64,000 bases of DNA, taken from assembly GCF_009914755.1 (NCBI RefSeq), contig NC_060926.1; one strand, given 5' to 3'. Position numbers and translations under genes: made by a program. Within the stretch, counting starts at the first letter, position 1; every line of letters begins with the position of its first letter. The notes below the pieces were generated by a model that saw only the letters and a list, made by a program, of their open reading frames with translations, searched no databases and was not told where the DNA came from. This DNA comes from the human T2T-CHM13v2.0 reference genome, Homo sapiens. Positions 53,832 to 64,000 of this stretch are shown piece after piece.

Positions 53832-54263
53832 TTCCTGCCATCTTATATTACTAAGAAAAATAAAACAAAATAGTTGAAGTGTTGGGGTGGTGAAAATTTT
53901 TTGGGAGTGGTATGGAGAGATAGTGGGCGATGTTTCTCAGGGCTGCTTCAAGCAGGATTAGGGCAGCGTGGGAACCTAGAGTGGGAGAGATTAAGCTGAA
54001 GGAAGATTTTGTGGTAAGGGGCGATATTGTGGGGTTGTTAAAAGGAGCATTTGTCATATAGAATGATTGGTGATTGCCTGGATGCGGTTTTGTATGAATT
54101 GAGAAACTAAAATGAAGACACAAGGTCTGAATAAGAGAAGGAGAAAAACAGGTATTAAAGGACTAAGAATTGGGAGGACTCAGGACATCCAATTAGAGAG
54201 TGCCCAAGGGGGTTCAGAGTAATTACTTGCTTGGTTGGTGAGCTTTTGGGCTCATCCTTGACA
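53832..54263 (-). mobile_element. HERV-H internal 3' end (env TM tail and polypurine tract)
   Basis: Purine-rich aagatggcaggaa abuts the LTR start on the minus strand; sequence matches my recall of the HERV-H env 3' end. Confidence 0.85.
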
Positions 54264-55037
54264 TATTCCATGCAAATGGACATGAAAAGTAAGCAGGAAT
54301 AGCTGTTCTTATATCAGACAAAACAAACATTAAAGCAGCAGCAGTTAAAAAAAGAGGAATATTATATAGCAATAAAAGGACTAGTCCAACAGGAAAATAT
54401 CACAATCCTAAATATATATGCACCTAATATTGGAGATCTCAAATTTATAGAACAATTATTACTAGACCAAAAAATGAAATAGATGGCAGCACAGTAATAG
54501 TGGGTGACTTGAATACCCCACTGACAGCACTAGACAGGTCGTTGAGAGAGCAAGTCAACAAAGAAACAACGGACCTAAACTATACCCTCCAACAAATGGA
54601 CTTAACAGATATTTACAGAACATTCTACACAACAACTGCAGAATATATACTCTATTCATCAATACATGCAGCCTTCTCCAAGACAGACCATATAATAGGG
54701 CACAAAACAAGTCTCAGTAAATTTAAGGAAGTTGAAATTATATCAAGTACTCTCTCAGACCACAGTGGAATAAAATTAGAAATTAACTCAAAAAGGAACC
54801 CTCGAAACCATGCACATACGTGCAAATTAAATAACCTGCTCCAGAATGATCATTGCATCAACAATAAAATCAAGATGGAAATTTAAAAGTTTGAACTTTG
54901 AACTCAATGATGATAGTGACACAACCTATCAAAACCTCTGGAATACAGCAAAAGTGGTGCTAAGAGGAAAAATTATAGCATTAAATGCCTACACCAAAAA
55001 GTCTGAAAGAGCACAAACAGACAATCTAAGGTCACAC

Positions 55038-55613
55038 TGAGGCAGGAGAGTAAGGCCTGGAGAGAGGGAACGTAAGGTTGATCCATGCTGACTTCCTAGA
55101 ACTAAATCAAATGGAAGCGCTTCAGCAATGACAGGAATGTGAATGGCTTTGTAACTTCACTTCATTGTCTCCATTTACACCATTTACACTTTCTAACTTT
55201 ACATTCACCCTCTCCATTTACATAGACCACACACACCAAGTAACATCTTCTCCATTTACACTTTGTAACTTCACATTCATCCTCTCCATTTACATGGATC
55301 ACACACACCAAGTAACATCCTCTCCATTTACATAGGGCACATTCCAAGTAAATGACTTTGTAACTTCACTTCATTCTCTTTATTTACATAGAGCATACAC
55401 CAAGTAACCAATGGGAAACCTCTAGAGTATTGAAACCCTGGAAAATTCTGTAACCGGGGCTTTTGAGCCCCTATGCTCGGGCCGGCTCCCACATTGTGGA
55501 GTGTATTTTCATTTTCAATAAATTTCTGCTTTTGCTTTCCTCACTTTGTTTGTGCATTTTGTCCAGTTCTTTGTTCAAGATGCCGAGAACCTGGACACCT
55601 TCCACTGGTAACA
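55038..55613 (+). mobile_element. MER61-family ERV1 solo LTR
   Basis: TGAGGCAGGAG..cctggacaccttccactggtaaCA, CCAAT and AATAAA present, TSD ACAC at 55034-55037 and 55614-55617. Confidence 0.85.
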
Positions 55614-55727
55614 ACACCTCACAGAACTGGAGACACAAGAACAATCCAAAACCAAACCAACCAGAAAAAAAGAACAAAGATCAGAGCAGAACTACATGAA
55701 ATTGAAAAAAAAAATTTAAAAGTAAAT

Positions 55728-58636
<2,909 letters not shown>

Positions 58637-58665
58637 GCCACCAGACATTATAACATAGAGCCAAA

Positions 58666-58928
58666 TTTTAATAAATGATAAAAATCTATTGAAAGTGCCT
58701 GATTGATATACAATTGGAAAGTCAAAAAAATTTTAATAAATGATAAAAAATCTATTGAAAGTGCCTGACTGATATACAATTGGAAAGTCAAAAAAAGTTT
58801 AATAAATGATAAAAATCTATTGAAAGTGCCTGATTGATATACAATTGGAAAGTCAAAAAAAATTTTAATAAATGATAAAAATCTATTGAAAGTGCCTGAT
58901 TGATATACAATTGGAAAGTCAAAAAAAA
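58666..58928. repeat. Four near-identical 65-66 bp tandem units
   Basis: Unit ttttaataaatgataaaaatctattgaaagtgcctgattgatatacaattggaaagtc plus A7-8, starting at 58666, 58731, 58797 and 58863. Confidence 0.95.
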
Positions 58929-59264
58929 TGAAAATGTGATTATATATATATGTATATGCACCATGAAATACCACTCAGCCATGAAAAAGAAATGAAATAT
59001 TAATAATGACATTCACAGCAACCTGGATGAAATTGGACTATTATTCTAAGTGATGTAACTGAGAAATGGAAAACCAAACATTGTATGTTCTCACTCATAT
59101 GTGGGAGCTAAGTTATGAGGATGCAAAGGCATAAGAATGATGCATTGGACTTTGGACACTCAGGGGAAAGGGTCAGAAGGGGGTAAGGGATAAAAGACTA
59201 CACATTGGGTACTGTGTACACTGCTCGGGTGATGGTGCACCAAAATCTCAGAAATCACCACTAA

Positions 59265-59591
<327 letters not shown>

Positions 59592-59602
59592 ATAATTTTT
59601 TC

Positions 59603-59740
59603 TAAAAGACTACACATTGGGTACTATGTACACTGCTCAAGCGATGAGCACACCAAAATCTCAGAAATCACCACTAAAGAACTTATTCATGTAACAAAAC
59701 ACCACCCGTAACCCCCAAACCTAGTGAAATAAAAAGTAAA
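59603..59740 (+). mobile_element. Second L1PB 3'-terminal fragment
   Basis: taaaagactacacattgggtac..gaaatcaccactaaagaactta..gaaataaaaa, paralogous to 59191-59327. Confidence 0.85.
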
Positions 59741-60382
59741 TTTAAAAAAATGTGGTAAGTATACACAATGGGATACTATTTAGCCTTTAAAAAGGAGGAG
59801 ATCCTGTCAATTGTGACAACATGGATGAATCTGGAAGAAATTATGCTAAATGAAATAAGCCAGGTCCAGAAAAATAACACATGATCTCACTTACATTTGG
59901 AATCTAATAAGGGTGAACTCATAGAAGCAGAGAGTAGAACAGCAGTTACCAGAGCCTGGAGTGGGGCATGGAGAGGGAGGGAATGAACTGTGGATCAAAG
60001 GATACAAAGACAGGAGAAAAAGGTTTTGAGATCTACTGCACAACTATTATCAATAATAATGTAGTTTATATTTCAAAATAACTAAGAGATTAAGAGAGTA
60101 AATTTCAAATGTCTCACCATAAGAAATAGTAGGGAAGCAAGATGATGGATATGTTAATTCGCTAGATTTAATCATGTCACCTTGTATACATATATCAAAA
60201 CATCATGTTGTATGCTATACATGTCTACAATTATGACTTGTCAAACAAAAATAATATTAATAATAAATTTTTTTAATTGCATTAAAGAATACAAAAGTAG
60301 ACTTGAAAAAAAGTTTGGTTATGAATAGAAAGGGGGAGATTGCTTGGTCGTTGGCTGCAAGGGGCCCTGGTATTAAGGAAAG

Positions 60383-60986
60383 GCGTGTGTGTGTGTATGT
60401 GTATGTGTGTGTATGTGTGTATGTGTGTGCACGTGTGTGTATGTGTGCATGCATGTATGTGTGTGCGTGTGTGTCTGTGTGCAAGCCAGTGTGTGTGTGC
60501 ATGTCTGTGTGCGTGTGCCTATGTGTGTGCGTGTCTGTGTGCTTGTGCGTATGTGTGTGTGTCTGTGTGCACGCGTGTCTGTATCTGTGTGTGTGCACGT
60601 GTGTCTGTGTGTGCACGTATGTGTGTATGTGCACGTGTGTGTGCGTGTGTGTATGTGTGTGTGTATATGTGTGTCTGTGTATGTGTATGTGTGTATATGT
60701 GTGTATGTGTGTGTGCGTGTATGCGTGTGTGTCTGTGTGCATGCCCGTATGTGTGTACGTGCACGTCTGTGTGCGTGTGTGTATGTGTGTGCATGTCTGC
60801 GTGCTTGCGCGTATGTGTGTCTGCGTGCACGCGTGTGTATCTGTGTGTGCACGTGTGTCTGTGTGTGCACGTATGTGTGTGCACGTGTGTGTATGTGTGT
60901 ATGTGTCTGTGTATGTGTATGTGTGTATGTGTGTGCGTGTATGTGTGTGCGTGTGTGTGCGTGTGTGTGTGTTTGTGTGTGTATGT
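60383..60986. repeat. ~600 bp complex (TG/TA/CG) alternating purine-pyrimidine repeat
   Basis: Read directly; source of the long CV/HT-rich ORF artefacts. Confidence 0.95.
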
Positions 60987-61412
60987 AGTGAGACTCCAGC
61001 TTATCTAGATGCAGATGGGAAAAGAAACCACTGGAGAAGGACATACTGAAAATATAAGAAAGAAGGAGAATAACCGATGGAGGGATCCCCGCAGCAGTGG
61101 GAGAGAAGGGAATCCTTCCCAGCATTCTAAAGGGAGAACAGGCGTTTGTGGATTTGGAAGCAGCATAATTATAATTCCATTCTCGCATCTCTTTTCTTAT
61201 GAGGTGGGAAGCAAGATTATCCACTGAGAATAAGGGAAGAAGATGGGAAGCTAAAGACTGGAAGGGACCAGGCAAGGCTGGAAATACTAGTTCTTCATTG
61301 CCAATTTCAATCTCCATCTACTAATTTTTGTTAAACCTTTGAAGCCTATTATTGCTTGGCCACAATAGATTATAGTATAAGCATGTATGTAATTTGCATA
61401 TAATCATATTTA

Positions 61413-61715
61413 TTTATTCTTTTTTTTTTTTTTGAGACAGGGTCTCACTCCGACACCCAGGCTGGAGTACAGTGTTGCAATCACAGCTCACTGCAGCCTC
61501 GACCTCCTGGGCTCAGGTGATCCTCCCGCCTCAGCCTCCTGAGTAGCTGGGACTACAGGTGCACACCACAATGCCCAACTAACTTTTGTATGATTTGTAG
61601 AGACAGGGATTTTCCATGTTGCCCAGGCTGGTTTCAAACTCCTGGACTCAAGCTATCTACCCACCTCAGCCTCCCGAAGTGCTGGGACTACAGACCTGAG
61701 CCACTGTGCCCAGCC
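61413..61715 (-). mobile_element. AluJ
   Basis: cacagctcactgcagcctcgacctcctgggctca; TSD t[g/a]catataat[c/t]atattta at 61395-61412 and 61716-61733. Confidence 0.92.
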
Positions 61716-62215
61716 TACATATAATTATATTTAGCTATTTTTTGTTTAACACATCAACTTTTCGTCACTTAAAGAAATCATGAATTCTAGTCTAGAATAT
61801 TTTCTCTAAGTCACTCTGTATTATTGACTTGACCTTGGAATTTAACCACAACACAAATTTATTTGAAATGTTTGATAAAATTGGCTTCTTCTAAAAGGAA
61901 AAAAAAAGAAATACTAGTTTTTATGGAGAATGAGGCAGAGAAACAGAATTTCTGGTGGTGTTAGGAGCCCTGTTGAAACTGGTGCTCACAAATGTGTGGT
62001 GACACAAATCTGCTGCACTGTGATGTTTTATTTAGCAGAATTCACTCAGTAGCTCAAATTATGAGCTCTGGGATCAGCGCTGGAGTGTTGCCAGGAGAAT
62101 ACAGCCAAGGTAGACTGGGGCTGGGGGTACGGGTCCTAGAGAAAGAGCCGTTAAAATAGTGGGCTCTGGAATCTCAGAGGTCCCCATTAAGAACAATATT
62201 ATAATCATTTAAAAA

Positions 62216-62441
62216 TTATTATTAATACACAACACTTCCTATGTCCTAGGCAATATTCTAAGCACTTCATGTAAATAATTCTCAACACACATATGAGGCC
62301 AGTACTAGTATTTTCTTCATTTTATAGGTTATGAAGCCAAAGTACAGAAAAGTTAACTAACTTGTCCAAAGTCACAAACCTAAAGAGTCAAGATTTGAAC
62401 CCATGCAGTCTGGCTCTAGAGCCCATGTTCATAACTATATG
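62216..62441 (-). mobile_element. MIR SINE
   Basis: gttaactaacttgtccaaagtcaca..gatttgaacccatgcagtctggctctagagccc. Confidence 0.8.
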
Positions 62442-64000
62442 TGATCTGTCTCCATCTTTTGTCTCTTGGCGTCTCCTTCTCTGACATCCAGGGACAGACA
62501 TTCCTTTCTACTCAATGGGAGAAACAAATGAGCCAGACTTGCTGCATGGTGATATACACACACGCAGAGGTAGCCAAGATACAGGAAGCAAAGTTGGGAT
62601 GTTTTCAACTCCATTTTTCTTGCTTCTAAAACACCTATGTGAGCTATAAGACTTGGTGTTCCATCCCAGGCAGATCTGGAAGCATTCTTTTTTAAAAATT
62701 AGCATATATGACACTGGCAGCAGCGTTCACCTTACCCCATTGTCACCACCACCCATGCACATGAGTGGTGCTGGTTGGCACCTCATCTATCTTACTGGTG
62801 AGGCAGCAAGACAATCAGGAAGGACCACTGCTCCCATCTCCTCCCTTTACTCCTTGACACCGTAAATCCCTACTGGAGATTGACTTCTTTGCATCCAGTG
62901 GAAGTGCACACAGTCTATGAGAGCTCTTAACTACCCAGTCACGTACATTTCAGTCTGAAAGATTTTTCCTAAACTCGACTTTTAATGGATAGAAAGAGTT
63001 ACAGGGAATAGGGCATGAAGGGGAAAGAAAAGAGAAGTGTAGAATGGACAAAACTCTTTGTCTGCCTAAGATTCTATCTTTCAGCTGATGGAGACCATTG
63101 CGTTTAGTTATATTTACAGAAGAGTCAGATTGAATTGTGCAGACCAACGCTAGGACTTAATCTAGACAGTGATTCACTCCTAAATTAGATGAATTTTCAG
63201 AACAGATGTATTTTCAGTGCCTTTAAGATAATGAAATCTTGCTTTTTTAAAATCACAGATGTCGCACGTAATATAGCACTTTTCATAAACTGTATAGTTT
63301 CTTTGTGATCTTTTAAAAACCTGCAGCTGTATAGAACTATCTTATCAGTGATGAAAACAAAGGAAGTTGTTGCTGCTTTGTTTGATCTAACAATGGAAGG
63401 ACTCATCACACTCTAGTGCCTCGTGCTTATAATGGACTGTGTGAGTTGGGCGTTTTCTTACCATTCTTTAAACATTTCACTCCCCCTAGCACTTGTCCAG
63501 GTGCTCAGATTTCTTTCCAAAGTCACAAAATACAATATGGGTTGAACATCTGGCTCATAAAAGTCCTTTTGAAGGCGAAGCAGAATGCCTCTTAGGTCAG
63601 AGAAAGATAATAGAAGAAAGCTATGCAGGATGATTCCTACCAGATATTGCTTGGGGCGCATCTTGTTCATTGCAAACCTGGAAAGTTATTGTCCTTCCTG
63701 GATACTTGGCTGTCTGGTATTGTAACTGGAAACTATTCACAAACCAAGCATTCACCCAGGAAAAAAGGAAGTAAACATCCCTGTGCCCTAAACTTGCAGT
63801 CCTGAGAGGTGTAACAAGTATTTCATGTACACTGTACAGCTGGGTTTCTGTGAAGTTGTTTTTGATACAGTAACCATTTCAAAGATGAAAGTACTTAATG
63901 GCAAAAATATAAAGTTCAGAAAGCAAGAAAAAAAAGTTGAAGCCACCCACAAAGATGAATGATGAAAAAAATCTGTATTTGATGAATCCTATAAGGCTTG

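Noticed and set aside
53851-54123. 90-aa ORF as a domesticated env gene
   Set aside because: Short piece of the HERV-H 3' tail with no signal peptide, SU or fusion domain.
58666-58928. Regular repeat array resembling CRISPR
   Set aside because: Head-to-tail units with no unique spacers, no cas genes, and the DNA is primate.
60257-61317. Longest ORFs in the track (up to 314 aa, CV- or HT-rich)
   Set aside because: Translations of the TG/CA repeat, which lacks stop codons.
63197-63409. 70-aa minus-strand ORF as a terminal coding exon after 63462-63590
   Set aside because: Its acceptor (tatacagctgcag) lacks a good pyrimidine tract and I recognise no homology.

Overview
This 64 kb window is non-coding, repeat-rich primate genomic DNA. 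AluJ/AluS, LTR12C (ERV9), LTR7 (HERV-H) and L1PA7-like elements point to human or another catarrhine. I see no recognisable protein-coding gene, rRNA, tRNA or CRISPR array. The ORFs in the track are decayed L1 ORF1/ORF2 pieces, Alu, LTR or simple-repeat artefacts, or short chance ORFs. Roughly half of the window is interspersed repeats, many nested and with readable target-site duplications (TSDs). The main structure is a ~10.7 kb nest at 49590-60267: an old L1MA is split by an L1PB1 that retains its 5'UTR. That L1PB1 carries two Alus, an unusual TSD-flanked HERV-H remnant, a MER61 LTR, an L1PA7 that replaces its middle, a 4x65-66 bp tandem array and a second L1PB 3' end. Also notable are a CpG-rich LTR12C solo LTR nested in MST inside L1MC1, a ~100 nt hairpin in unique DNA, and a few candidate lncRNA-type exons. 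Subfamily names come from my recall of consensus sequences and need RepeatMasker/Dfam confirmation. I found no convincing evidence of a new biological system.
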